34,601 bases of DNA from Candidatus Methanogaster sp. (GCA_013572355.1 QBUV01000094.1:1-34601), one strand, 5' to 3'. Positions 1 through 9,813 are shown, counted from the stretch's first letter. Notes: generated by a model not told the origin, from the letters alone. Translations and numbers: made by a program.

Positions 1-301
1 AACAGTTAGCCAACGACTGATGGTTAATAAGTGAGTAACCATACATAAACATTTCTCTATGTGAACGCAAACATCACGACTATTATTTTTCAAAAATATG
101 TTGTCTGCGGCTTGTATTGATGTCCGCTTCACCCCACAAATCGCATCATCCACGCGGGCCATCCCGACCTCCATTCACTATGCCAGCTTCACGAAGTCAC
201 CAAACCCCTGACTTAAGTGCGGAGACTGTACACCCGCGTTATCACATCCAGTTTGCCTTCATCGCTGCTCCACACTTCGCAGTTACTCCGGATGCGCCAT
301 C

Positions 302-844
302 TCAAACCCCCGCCACCTCCCGCATAAATCTCCTCTTGATCTCCACCGGCTCCATATCGATGATCGGCACGTCAGCATTCCCTGGATCGACCGTTACCAC
401 GAGCATGCCCGAGCCATGCACACCAGATCGCACCTCTTCAATTGTCGATGCTCTCCGCACATCGCGCACCCCCGCCCCAGTTGCGATCGCTGCCAGATCA
501 GCCGCACGCGATGTGGCGGTCAACTGGCATCCTGTCGAGCCGTAGCACTGGTTATCGAGAACCACGAGCAGATAGTTATCCGGAGCATGGTTTGCGATGG
601 TCGCAAGCGAGCCCAAGTTCATCAGAAGCGAGCCGTCGCCATCGAGGACCACGACCTTGCGCGGCTGCGCCAGCGCCAGCCCAAGCCCGATCGATGATGC
701 AAGCCCCATCGAACCGAGCATGTAAAAATGCGTCACCTTATCCTTTAGCGCATACAGTTCCCTGCTCGGGTAACCGAGATTGCAGATCACAAGCTCATCT
801 GCCAGTTCCAGAGCGATCGCCTCGATTGCAGATACGCGCTTCAT
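302..844 (-). CDS. comE: Sulfopyruvate decarboxylase beta subunit (coenzyme M biosynthesis), TPP-binding
   Basis: 180 aa with NLGYPSREL, FYMLGSMGLASSIGLG and the TPP motif DGDGSLLMN...LDNQCYGSTG. Confidence 0.88.
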   Translation of the reverse strand: MKRVSAIEAIALELADELVICNLGYPSRELYALKDKVTHFYMLGSMGLASSIGLGLALAQPRKVVVLDGDGSLLMNLGSLATIANHAPDNYLLVVLDNQCYGSTGCQLTATSRAADLAAIATGAGVRDVRRASTIEEVRSGVHGSGMLVVTVDPGNADVPIIDMEPVEIKRRFMREVAGV

Positions 845-867
845 CTGATGATATCAACGGTTTCAGG

Positions 868-882
868 GTATAAAGTTTATAC
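868..882. promoter_or_regulatory. Palindromic back-to-back TATA boxes (GTATAAA-G-TTTATAC) serving divergent comE and DUF1464
   Basis: Perfect 7-1-7 palindrome giving TTTATAC on each strand, each 23 nt from the respective ATG (844 and 906). Confidence 0.65.
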
Positions 883-905
883 GTCCGGGCAGCCATCCCA
901 ACATT

Positions 906-1940
906 ATGACACGCGTCATCGGAATCGATCCGGGCACAAAGAGTTTCGACTTCTTTGGACTGGACGGCGAGAAGGTCACCCTCGATCTATCGATACCAAC
1001 GAAGGAGATCGCGTCCGACCCGGAATCGGTCATCGATCTGCTAAAAACGACCGAGCCCGAACTTATCATCGGACCCTCAGGGTACGGGATTCCTATCAAA
1101 AAAATCTCTGATATAACGCGGCGCGACATTTTCCTGATGTCGCTTCGCCGGAGTGACGATAACAGGTCGATACTCGGAATGCGCAGGTTCATCGAGACGT
1201 TAAAAGAGCATAATCTGCCGGTATATGCAATCCCAGGGGTCATACACCTGCCAACGGTCCCCTCCTATCGAAAGGTCAACAGGATCGACATGGGCACTCC
1301 TGACAAGTTGTGCTCGTGCGCGCTTGCAGTGCGGGATCAGGCGGCAAGCTCTGGCATCGACTATGACCGGACATCGTTTATACTGCTGGAGGTCGGATTC
1401 GCACACACCGCCGCCATCGCTGTCGATTCCGGAAGGGTTGTGGACGGCATCGGCGGAAGCAGCGGTGGCATCGGATTTCTTTCGATGGGTGCGATCGACG
1501 GCGAACTTGCATACCTCCTCGGCAGGTTCGGAAAGGAGTTTATGATCAGCCGGGGCGCGCGTTTCCTAACCGGAAGCGAGATTGCGCCAGAGGACCTTGC
1601 CATGCATGATGATGCACGTAGCGCGCTTATCGAGGGTGCGGTCAAGAACGTTCTCGCACTCACAGCCGCTCTGGCGCCGGACGAGGTGCTGCTATCAGGC
1701 AGACTATCAAGGATTCCGGAAATTTGGACTGAGTTGATGGAGCGGTTGGATACGGTTGCCCCTGTTCGATCGTTAAAAGGATTTTCCGGTGCTAAAATTG
1801 CAAAAGAATCCGCACAAGGCGGCGCGGTGATAGCGGATGGGCTTTTGCAGGGGCGGTACGCTGGCATCGTTGCGACGATGAGGATTAAAGAGGCGTGTGG
1901 TACGGTTCTCGACTACGTGCCGCCGATTTCGGATGGGTGA
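906..1940 (+). CDS. DUF1464 family protein (ASKHA-fold, predicted butyrate kinase-like)
   Basis: N-terminal IGIDPGTKSFD phosphate loop; GPSGYG, PGVIHLPTVP and NRIDMGTPDK motifs typical of the family. Confidence 0.8.
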   Translation: MTRVIGIDPGTKSFDFFGLDGEKVTLDLSIPTKEIASDPESVIDLLKTTEPELIIGPSGYGIPIKKISDITRRDIFLMSLRRSDDNRSILGMRRFIETLKEHNLPVYAIPGVIHLPTVPSYRKVNRIDMGTPDKLCSCALAVRDQAASSGIDYDRTSFILLEVGFAHTAAIAVDSGRVVDGIGGSSGGIGFLSMGAIDGELAYLLGRFGKEFMISRGARFLTGSEIAPEDLAMHDDARSALIEGAVKNVLALTAALAPDEVLLSGRLSRIPEIWTELMERLDTVAPVRSLKGFSGAKIAKESAQGGAVIADGLLQGRYAGIVATMRIKEACGTVLDYVPPISDG

Positions 1941-2228
1941 TCCGGAATTCTCACAATTTCGTTAGCAGTCAAGCAGTAGTACGATCATAGTATGATAGTG
2001 ACACTGTTGTGGTACTCATCCCACAACGATGTATATACCAATGTCACCCCAATGCAGCTTTTACAGTAAGTCTTTCTAAGAAATCCGTTCGTGTGGGTTT
2101 TGCACTGGGGTCATATAAACGTGTACGCAGCCCAAACCTCTGGGCTGCGACATTTTTCGTTGAACGAAAGGTATCTTTGGGTAATGTTTGTGCAGCCAGA
2201 GTTTCGGGCGTTCTGGTTCTGGGACTGC

Positions 2229-3539
2229 TCATCTTGCAAACTCCCCCCGCCGCACGCACCCGATACCGGAAAGAACCGCCTCGATCCCGCCCTCGACACC
2301 GTCCGGGTCACAGTCGCCAAGAATCTCGATCCGGAAAGTTGCGCTCTGTCTCGGCTCGTACCGGTCGATGACATCTGCACGTACCGCGCCATCGCATCTC
2401 GATATCACATCACAGATCACGAAAGGGTCTGCGCGGTCAGGCAGTATGACCGAGATATCCCGCGTAAACCTGCGCAGATTTTCAAGTTTCCAGTCCTGCA
2501 ACTCTGCCTGGCTGAGCAGTCTTATGTTTTCGATCTTTAATTCAACAGATTTCCGACCCTCTTCCATCACAATGGTTCTCGGGGCGACCTTTGTGATGAC
2601 GCCTGTATGCATAACCCCGGAACGGAGGTGCAACACGCCGCTCTCTCGCCCTATCGACCTGACCAGTTCCTCAAACTCTGTGATCTTCGTATTGATCAGT
2701 TTATCGGACCGTCTCAGAGCGGATTCCGTATCCCCGAAGTGGGATGCCGCATTCTTCATCAGATCTGTGAAATCGTCCACGGAACCGTCCCTGACAATCT
2801 CCGAAAGCCCCGTACACTCGGCGATGAACGCCTCATGCACCTCCGCGATCCTTGGATTGTTCATCTGGATCATCGCGTACAGGTGCGGGTTCTGACCGAG
2901 TATCCGCCCGACGAAATCGAGCATGATCTCGTACACAGGGCTCATGAACCTTCTCGACAGGGAGACCTCGAAGTCGAGGCTCCGAAGCGTGGATCCGATG
3001 CTTAAGTATGCGAAATGCGTGAGCCCCTGCACCACTGCCATGACTCGGTCGTGCGTGTCGGCATCAACGATCTCGACGTTCGCACCCTCGCGCTCGAAGA
3101 GATCGGTCAATATCGGAAGCCACCGTTCGCATCTGCTTGACGGCGTGATCATCACAGCCTGCCCGCTGATGTCAGGGATGCTCGGACCGAACATCGGATG
3201 CGTCCCAATCACCTCGACGCCAGCAGGTGCACACTTCTCCATCGCAGCAAGCGGTATCTTCTTTATCGAGGTCATATCCATGAGAAGGCTTCCACGACTC
3301 ATCTTCGGCGCAATCTCTTCGATCGTATCCTCTGTCACATCGATGGGAACCGAGATCACAACGATATCGCTCTCGTGGATTGCGGCATCCAGATCGTGCG
3401 CATACGTTGCGCCCAACGCTTCGGCGATCTCGACCTTGCCGCTTTTGCCCCAGACCACAACCGTATGGTGGAGGCGCTGGAAGAATCTCGTAAACCACTG
3501 TCCGAGTTCGCCGGTTCCGCCAATGATCAGGATCTTCAT
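2229..3539 (-). CDS. tyrA: Prephenate dehydrogenase with C-terminal extension
   Basis: Rossmann IIGGTGELG, DMTSIK, HPMFGP, HDRVMAVVQGLTH. Confidence 0.92.
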   Translation of the reverse strand: MKILIIGGTGELGQWFTRFFQRLHHTVVVWGKSGKVEIAEALGATYAHDLDAAIHESDIVVISVPIDVTEDTIEEIAPKMSRGSLLMDMTSIKKIPLAAMEKCAPAGVEVIGTHPMFGPSIPDISGQAVMITPSSRCERWLPILTDLFEREGANVEIVDADTHDRVMAVVQGLTHFAYLSIGSTLRSLDFEVSLSRRFMSPVYEIMLDFVGRILGQNPHLYAMIQMNNPRIAEVHEAFIAECTGLSEIVRDGSVDDFTDLMKNAASHFGDTESALRRSDKLINTKITEFEELVRSIGRESGVLHLRSGVMHTGVITKVAPRTIVMEEGRKSVELKIENIRLLSQAELQDWKLENLRRFTRDISVILPDRADPFVICDVISRCDGAVRADVIDRYEPRQSATFRIEILGDCDPDGVEGGIEAVLSGIGCVRRGEFAR

Positions 3540-3658
3540 GGGTACTCCTTTTTATATTGTAATTTCATGTATTTCATATATATCAAAAAGTTTTTGCGAG
3601 TGGGCTATCGCACAAATCCTTATAAGCCGCAAAAGCCATTTTTCAACCGGGTGATATT

Positions 3659-4411
3659 ATGGAACAATATTTGATACCAATAGTGATTGTAGTGCTGTTT
3701 GTGCTTGCAAGCGCTGTAAAGATCGTTCAGGAGTACGAGCGTGGCGTGATATTCCGGCTCGGGCGACTGGTCGGTGCAAGAGGACCAGGACTATTCTTCA
3801 TAATCCCGATACTCGAGACGATGAAGAAGATCGATCTCAGGACGATCGTGCTCGATATCCCGCCGCAGGAGGTTATCACAAGGGATAACGTGACTGCCCG
3901 GGTGAATGCTGTGGTGTACTACCGGGTGATGGATCCGAGCAAGGCAGTCGTGCAGGTTGAGCACTATCCGACAGCAACCGCGCAGATGGCGCTCACTACG
4001 CTTCGGGGCGTTGTTGGGCAGGTGGAACTTGATGAGGTTCTTTCCGAGCGGGATAAGATCAACAAGCGGCTGCAGGAGATCATCGATGAGTCGACTGACC
4101 CATGGGGGATCAAGGTTTCGGCTGTCGAGATCAAGGATGTCGAACTGCCAGAGTCGATGCAGCGTGCGATGGCTTCGCAGGCAGAGGCAGAGAGGAACCG
4201 GAGGGCACGGATCATCAACGCAGAAGGAGAGATGCAGGCATCAATCAAACTTGCGGATGCTGCGAAGGTGCTGAACGAACAACCGGGAGCACTCTACATC
4301 CGGACGCTCCAGACGATCAAGGATGCGACCGAGGAGAAGGCGACGACGGTTGTGATTCCGCTGCCGATAGAACTCATGGGCGCACTCGGACTCAATAAAG
4401 AGAATAAGTAA
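3659..4411 (+). CDS. SPFH/band-7 slipin (stomatin-like) protein
   Basis: N-terminal hydrophobic segment, [38 protein letters not shown] coiled coil. Confidence 0.93.
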   Translation: MEQYLIPIVIVVLFVLASAVKIVQEYERGVIFRLGRLVGARGPGLFFIIPILETMKKIDLRTIVLDIPPQEVITRDNVTARVNAVVYYRVMDPSKAVVQVEHYPTATAQMALTTLRGVVGQVELDEVLSERDKINKRLQEIIDESTDPWGIKVSAVEIKDVELPESMQRAMASQAEAERNRRARIINAEGEMQASIKLADAAKVLNEQPGALYIRTLQTIKDATEEKATTVVIPLPIELMGALGLNKENK

Positions 4412-4439
4412 AGAGAGATGAGTGGAAAATGGGATTGAG

Positions 4440-5732
4440 ATGAAACGTATCCCAATCCTTCTAACGCTCCTGCTGCTGGCGCTTCCCCTTATCGTGGCGC
4501 CGGCATGTAGCGCGTCAGAACCAGTGATCTATGTGATCGAGGTGGACGACATGATCACAGCAGGCACTGAGATGGAGATCGCCCGCGGCATCGATCACGC
4601 AACCGATATCGGTGCTGCCGCGGTGTTGATCGAAATAAACACGCCTGGCGGGCTTGTTGACTCGATGGAGGGGATCGTATCTGATATCGAGCGTTCGGAG
4701 GTGCCTGTGATCACGTTTGTGCCGCAGGGTGAGCGAGCGTTCTCTGCCGGTGCATTCATTCTTTTATCAGGGCATATCGCTGCAATGGCTCCCGGTACAG
4801 CCACAGGAGCGGCAACACCGATTGCGATAACGCCAACAGGCACGACGCCGGTTGAGAACAAGACTGTTAATGCGTACGCAGCCAGGATGCGCGGGATCGC
4901 GGAGAACCGGAACCGATCTACAGAGGTCGCGGAGAAGTTCGTGACAGAGGGGTTATCACTGACTGCGGAGGAAGCGCTGGAGCAGGATGTGATCGATGTA
5001 GTCGCGTCCGGCAGGCACGATCTTGCCGCTGCCATCGATAACAGAACCGTAAACGTGAGCAGGGAATCGGTGACACTCCGCACGAAGGGTGCAATCTTCA
5101 TCACACAGGAACCGCAGTTTGCTGCATCGATCGTCGCCCTACTGAGCAACCCCCAGATCGCGTTCGTACTCTTCTTAATCGGGATCTATGGGATCATCTA
5201 CGGTCTCAAAGCTCCTGGGACGTACGTTCCTGAGATGGTCGGCGCGATAGCGATAATACTTGCGCTGTACGGCATGGGAATGTTCTCGGTAAGCACATTC
5301 GGCGTGCTATTGATCGTAGCCGGGATAATATTGCTCATAGCAGAGGTTCTCACGCCGACATTCGGGGTACTGACGATCGGCGGCGCGATCTGCCTGGTTC
5401 TCGGTGCCATCATGTTTCCACAGGAGCCGTTCATGCCGGCTGAATGGATTAGCGACTTCAGACAGACCGTCTTCGCACTCGTGATCCTCTCTGTCGTGAT
5501 CATCGTGGCAGGTCTCGGTTTTGTTATGAAGACGAGGCTTACGAAACCGACGACTGGGCGGGATGAACTGATCGGAGAGGTTGTCAGGGCAGAGACCGAC
5601 ATCGCACCGGTTGGCACTGTGCACATTCACGGTGAGATATGGCGGGCATCCGCAACAGAGCCGGTGCGGAGAGGAGAGGACGTGGTGATCCAGGATGTGG
5701 ACGGGCTCACGCTGGTTGTTGAGAAGAAGTAG
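4440..5732 (+). CDS. nfeD: NfeD family membrane-bound ClpP-class serine protease
   Basis: Signal peptide, INTPGG, AFSAG (catalytic Ser), ENK (Lys), TM bundle, C-terminal OB fold (GTVHIHGEIWRA); ATG 4440 preferred over GTG 4422. Confidence 0.92.
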   Translation: MKRIPILLTLLLLALPLIVAPACSASEPVIYVIEVDDMITAGTEMEIARGIDHATDIGAAAVLIEINTPGGLVDSMEGIVSDIERSEVPVITFVPQGERAFSAGAFILLSGHIAAMAPGTATGAATPIAITPTGTTPVENKTVNAYAARMRGIAENRNRSTEVAEKFVTEGLSLTAEEALEQDVIDVVASGRHDLAAAIDNRTVNVSRESVTLRTKGAIFITQEPQFAASIVALLSNPQIAFVLFLIGIYGIIYGLKAPGTYVPEMVGAIAIILALYGMGMFSVSTFGVLLIVAGIILLIAEVLTPTFGVLTIGGAICLVLGAIMFPQEPFMPAEWISDFRQTVFALVILSVVIIVAGLGFVMKTRLTKPTTGRDELIGEVVRAETDIAPVGTVHIHGEIWRASATEPVRRGEDVVIQDVDGLTLVVEKK

Positions 5733-5790
5733 AGAGTCCATGAACCCGCCCGGAGGCAACCCCTGAATCGAATCATCGAAATCGTAGATC

Positions 5791-6438
5791 TTATCCCTTC
5801 GCATCGATTAGACGCTTTGGGTTCGTCCTGACCGCGGCTACGCAATCGCGCTCAGTCAGTCCTGCCCCCATCGCCACCGTAAGCGCCATCTCTTCAGTGA
5901 TCAGATCGTCTGGTGCGTGCGCATCTGTGTTCACGATGAGATCGCATCCGATCTCGCACGCAATCCGAGCAACATACCCGTTCGTCCGGTTGTGTCCGCA
6001 TCTTGCCGTGATCTCGAGCAGTACGCCATTTTCGCGTGCGCATTCGACCTCATCGGTGGTGATCAGTCCGGGATGCGCCAGAATGTCGATGTCCGACCGA
6101 AGTGCAGCAGCATTCGTGCCCGGAGCCACAGGTTCTGACGTGGTCTCGCCGTGCACCACGATGATATCAGCGCCAAGCGACCTTGCTTTATCTGCAAGCC
6201 GCGCAATCTTTCCGGGCGGAACATGCGTCAGTTCCACACCAGTTAGGACTCTGATACCCCATTCCTCCTCCAGAAACGAAGTCTTTTTCATTGCGTCCAG
6301 CACAAATTCGATGTTCGTAAAATCGACGTGATCCGTGATCGCAATCGCAGAATAGCCATGCACCACTGCACGGCGGACGAGTTCGCTCGGTATCAGTTCG
6401 CCGTCGCTGAATATAGAGTGGGTGTGCAGGTCGATCAT
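5791..6438 (-). CDS. PHP-domain protein (histidinol-phosphatase-like family)
   Basis: MIDLHTHSIFSDG, AITDH, GVELTH, LAHP and NTDAH metal-binding motifs; start set at MIDLH. Confidence 0.88.
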   Translation of the reverse strand: MIDLHTHSIFSDGELIPSELVRRAVVHGYSAIAITDHVDFTNIEFVLDAMKKTSFLEEEWGIRVLTGVELTHVPPGKIARLADKARSLGADIIVVHGETTSEPVAPGTNAAALRSDIDILAHPGLITTDEVECARENGVLLEITARCGHNRTNGYVARIACEIGCDLIVNTDAHAPDDLITEEMALTVAMGAGLTERDCVAAVRTNPKRLIDAKG

Positions 6439-6548
6439 CACAGATATCTGGGGTGCGAGACCTATAAGCATTCCCATAAGCGCAGGTTGGTCAGCAGACC
6501 GGAAACGTCAAAATCGCCACCCGTTGGGGGTGGATAACTTAAAGATCC

Positions 6549-6842
6549 TTAATTAGCGGATCGTAGCTCCTTCATCTTCGAGCAAACCTCATAGAGAATC
6601 GAGGATTTTGGAGCGTCTGTCTTCTTTACGAGCACCCGTCCCTGTTTCTCCCACCATGCCGCAGGATGCGCCTTCGTATCTTCGACAGCGCAATCGAGAT
6701 TGAGCATTCTGGCTGCTTCTGCGATCTCATCGAGCCGCGGCGACTTCACAGCACTCCGCCTCGAGACCCTGCGCCCACCGTTTCTCGATATCCTGCTGTC
6801 GAAATAGATGGGCCAGATAACGATCCTGTCTGTTTCTGGCAT
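6549..6842 (-). CDS. srp19: Signal recognition particle 19 kDa protein
   Basis: IVIWPIYFDSRISRNGGRRV, P-x-L-x-EI, HP..WWE..GRVLV. Confidence 0.93.
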   Translation of the reverse strand: MPETDRIVIWPIYFDSRISRNGGRRVSRRSAVKSPRLDEIAEAARMLNLDCAVEDTKAHPAAWWEKQGRVLVKKTDAPKSSILYEVCSKMKELRSAN

Positions 6843-6846
6843 AAAA

Positions 6847-6957
6847 TCCCGCCTCCCGGAATCGAACCGGGGACATCGCGGTCTCTGCGCGGTAATGTGT
6901 GCTTTCGCACATGATCATACTACAGCCGCGCACTCTACCAGGCTGAGTTAAAGCGGG
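6847..6957 (-). tRNA. tRNA-Tyr(GTA) with 37-nt intron at canonical position 37/38 (intron 6883-6919)
   Basis: Minus strand: acceptor CCCGCTT/AGGCGGG-A, D arm ACTC/GAGT, anticodon stem CGCGG/CCGCG with CT-GTA-G, T arm CCCGG-TTCGATT-CCGGG; intron gives a CTGT/GCAG BHB helix and a GTGC-GAAA-GCAC hairpin. Confidence 0.95.
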
Positions 6958-7101
6958 TTATATAGAGTGGTGCCGCGGCCTTTATCAATCTTTTGTTTCT
7001 GGCAGTATCTCCGAATCAGCATGAATCCGCAAAAATATTGGAACACATGAGTTGTGTCAGCGAGGAGTTTTCCATGCACCGCAGCACTGGAGTTCGCAAA
7101 A

Positions 7102-7722
7102 TCAGACGCTTTGCCCAAGCATGATACGCTCGCACCGCTTGAGGTCCTGAACCGTGTTCACATTCAGCGCAACTTCAGTTTCAGGGAGAATCAGGTTATA
7201 ATCGGGCTGCTCCTCCTCGATCAGACCACCATCGAGGATGTTAACGCCGCACGGGACGATCAACTCATCGTTGCGATTGAAGACCGCGGTCGGGTGCTGC
7301 CCAAGTTCCGTACAGACGGAAAGCGGCGTGTGAACAGAGAGCGCAGGTTCGCAGCGCTTGTTGTAGATCGAAACAACCCTATCGATCATCTCAGGGGTTA
7401 CAAGCGGGAGATCAGACATTACAACGAGTACCGGCTCCTTGATTCCCGCTGCCTTGATCCCGTGAACCATGTCGCCGACGTAACCGAGACCGGGCGCGGG
7501 AATGATATCGACATCCCCCTGCGTCCCAAGATATTCCTGTGTCTGCGGAACGCTTGGTGAGGTCACGACAAAGATGCTGCCTATCGACCTGCTGCGCCTG
7601 AGCGTATCGATCACGTACATGATAAGCGGTCTTCCGCAAAGTTCGACCATCGGCTTTTCGCCAGTCCAGTCCCCTGTGAAGAACCTGCTCCCGACCCCGC
7701 CAGCCATCACTACCGCATCCAT
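7102..7722 (-). CDS. cobY: GTP:adenosylcobinamide-phosphate guanylyltransferase (NTP transferase)
   Basis: MAGGVGSRF, EKPMV, GLGYVGD, SDLPL, GVNIL, NVNT..DL; GGTGA RBS before ATG 7722. Confidence 0.82.
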   Translation of the reverse strand: MDAVVMAGGVGSRFFTGDWTGEKPMVELCGRPLIMYVIDTLRRSRSIGSIFVVTSPSVPQTQEYLGTQGDVDIIPAPGLGYVGDMVHGIKAAGIKEPVLVVMSDLPLVTPEMIDRVVSIYNKRCEPALSVHTPLSVCTELGQHPTAVFNRNDELIVPCGVNILDGGLIEEEQPDYNLILPETEVALNVNTVQDLKRCERIMLGQSV

Positions 7723-7727
7723 GCGAA

Positions 7728-8309
7728 TCACCTTCCGCTCCCGCGCCCTTCCCGCCCGCTAACGAGATCAAGATGGTACTTCACCATGCAACTGTGTTCG
7801 ATCTGGGTTGTCACCACGTACGCCTCCTCAAGAAGCATCCCGGTGGCGATCGTGCCGTGCCCGCGTATGATCACGCCTTTGTGCTCGCGCAAAAATGAGG
7901 CGGCATTCTCTGCAAGTTCCGAGGTTCCGATGCCGCCTGTAACGATCGGGATCTCGTGCAGGAAGTATATTCCCTCGCTATCGACCGGCACGACCCGGGA
8001 ATCCTCGATCAAGGACTCGATCACCGAAAAAGGGCAGTGTGCATGGATGATTGCGAGCGCTGAAGTGTTCTTGTAGATGGCGCGATGCACGATCGCCTCT
8101 GATGATGCGATCATGTCCATGCTTGAGGTTCCCTCGACACTGATCTCTACAACGGAATCCCGGTCGATCTCGTCCAGTGCGGATCCGCTTCTCGTGATCA
8201 GCATTCCTCCGCCGGTGCGGACGCTGATATTGCCGAAATGCGACTCAACAAGACCGTACTCAACAAGTTTCTTTCCGAATCGTGAAATCTCTCGCCACAT
8301 GGTTCTCAT
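7728..8309 (-). CDS. Class II aldolase/adducin family protein (FucA-like)
   Basis: GNIS, ITRSG, ASSE..HRAIY, IIHAH, GHG; alternative start at 8300. Confidence 0.88.
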   Translation of the reverse strand: MRTMWREISRFGKKLVEYGLVESHFGNISVRTGGGMLITRSGSALDEIDRDSVVEISVEGTSSMDMIASSEAIVHRAIYKNTSALAIIHAHCPFSVIESLIEDSRVVPVDSEGIYFLHEIPIVTGGIGTSELAENAASFLREHKGVIIRGHGTIATGMLLEEAYVVTTQIEHSCMVKYHLDLVSGREGRGSGR

Positions 8310-8418
8310 ATCAATTGTCGTTGGTCTATCTCTACCAATCTTTAGTATTTGCTCCGGATGGAACTGATGACGCTGGCATACAACTTAAGTAGAATCTACA
8401 CAATACAAAGCGTGAACC

Positions 8419-9813
8419 ATGATGAGTATCACTGATGTACTGCGGCGTGTCGAGGAGGCATCTGCCGAGGACGTGGTCGCCGAACATCTCGAGCAGATCC
8501 GCAAGAGCAAGTTTAACACATTCATAACAGTAGCAGAAGATCAATCACTCGAGCGTGCCCGCTTGATCGATTCAGGAGAATTAAAATCAGGCGGCAGACT
8601 CGCAGGCGTCCCGATAGCGATCAAGGACAACATGTCGACGACGGGCATCCTGACGACCTGCGCATCGCATATTCTCGATGGCTACATCCCGCCCTACGAC
8701 GCAACCGTCGTTGAGCGTCTCTATAACGAAGGCGCAATCGTAATCGGGAAGACAAACATGGATGAGTTTGCGATGGGCACATCCACAGAGTCCAGCTACT
8801 ACGGACCGACAAGGAATCCGCACAACCCGGATTGCGTTCCGGGCGGCTCATCTGGAGGGAGTGCTGCCACTGTTGCAGCAGGAGAGGTGGCAATCTCGCT
8901 TGGCTCTGACACAGGCGGCTCTGTCCGGTGTCCTGCGTCCTTCTGCGGCGTTGTCGGGTTAAAGCCGACTTATGGCGCGGTATCCAGATACGGACTTATC
9001 TCGTATGCAAACTCGCTCGAACAGATCGGACCGATCGCATCGAACGTGGAGGACGTCGCGTTCCTCTACTCGATCATCGCTGGCTACGATCCAAAGGATT
9101 CGACGTCTGTGGAGGTCGATACAGAGATCGGCATCGATTGCGACGTCAAGGGGCTTACGATCGGCGTTCCCGCTCAGTACTTTGGTGAGGGGATCGATCC
9201 CGCGGTCGAAAGCGCAGTCTGGGACGGGATACACCGTCTTGAGGGCGAGGGCGCAACATACAGCGAGGTCGATATGCCGCATACCGATTATGCGCTTGCC
9301 GCCTACTACATCATCGCAATGAGCGAGGCGTCCTCGAATCTGGCGAGGTTCGATGGCATGAGGTACGGTCTCCGGACCGAGGATAAGGACTGGAGCACCA
9401 CGTACTCAGAGATCCGTGCACTCGGGTTCGGAGAGGAGGTCAAGCGGAGGATAATTCTCGGCACGTTCTCGCTGTCGACTGGATATCACGACAAATACTA
9501 CTTAAAAGCGCTTCAGGTGCGGACGCTCGTCAAACAGGACTTTGATCGGGCATTCAAGGATGTTGACGTCCTGATTGCGCCGACGATGCCGATGCCTGCG
9601 TTTCGGATTGGGGAACTCGTGGATCCGCTCTCGCAGTACCTTGCCGATGTGAACACCGTTCCGATCAACCTCGCAGGCGTGCCATCGGTATCGGTGCCGT
9701 GCGGGAGCACGGATGGGCTTCCGATCGGGATGCAGATCATTGGGCGGTACTTCGATGAACCAAGGATTCTCGGTGTGGCAGCGGCTGTGGAGCGGTCATT
9801 GCAATACTCGTAA
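8419..9813 (+). CDS. gatA: Asp/Glu-tRNA amidotransferase subunit A
   Basis: Amidase signature IKDN, GKTNMDEFAMG, PGGSSGGS, GSDTGGSVR; SNLARFDGMRYG and EVKRRIILG. Confidence 0.95.
   Translation: MMSITDVLRRVEEASAEDVVAEHLEQIRKSKFNTFITVAEDQSLERARLIDSGELKSGGRLAGVPIAIKDNMSTTGILTTCASHILDGYIPPYDATVVERLYNEGAIVIGKTNMDEFAMGTSTESSYYGPTRNPHNPDCVPGGSSGGSAATVAAGEVAISLGSDTGGSVRCPASFCGVVGLKPTYGAVSRYGLISYANSLEQIGPIASNVEDVAFLYSIIAGYDPKDSTSVEVDTEIGIDCDVKGLTIGVPAQYFGEGIDPAVESAVWDGIHRLEGEGATYSEVDMPHTDYALAAYYIIAMSEASSNLARFDGMRYGLRTEDKDWSTTYSEIRALGFGEEVKRRIILGTFSLSTGYHDKYYLKALQVRTLVKQDFDRAFKDVDVLIAPTMPMPAFRIGELVDPLSQYLADVNTVPINLAGVPSVSVPCGSTDGLPIGMQIIGRYFDEPRILGVAAAVERSLQYS

Noticed and set aside
242-270. TCACATCCAGTTTGCCTTCATCGCTGCTC resembles 23221-23249 (21 of 29 positions)
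   Set aside because: The TTTCACTTTCA core is broken and no TATA box follows at the expected spacing; probably chance
117-545. 142-aa plus-strand ORF, representative of the many antisense and alternate-frame ORFs in the track
   Set aside because: Shadows of well-supported genes in moderately GC-rich DNA; no motifs
2044-2232. 62-aa ORF starting in an ATGA overlap with the tyrA stop
   Set aside because: No recognisable motif, and it runs through palindromic DNA better explained as non-coding; not fully excluded
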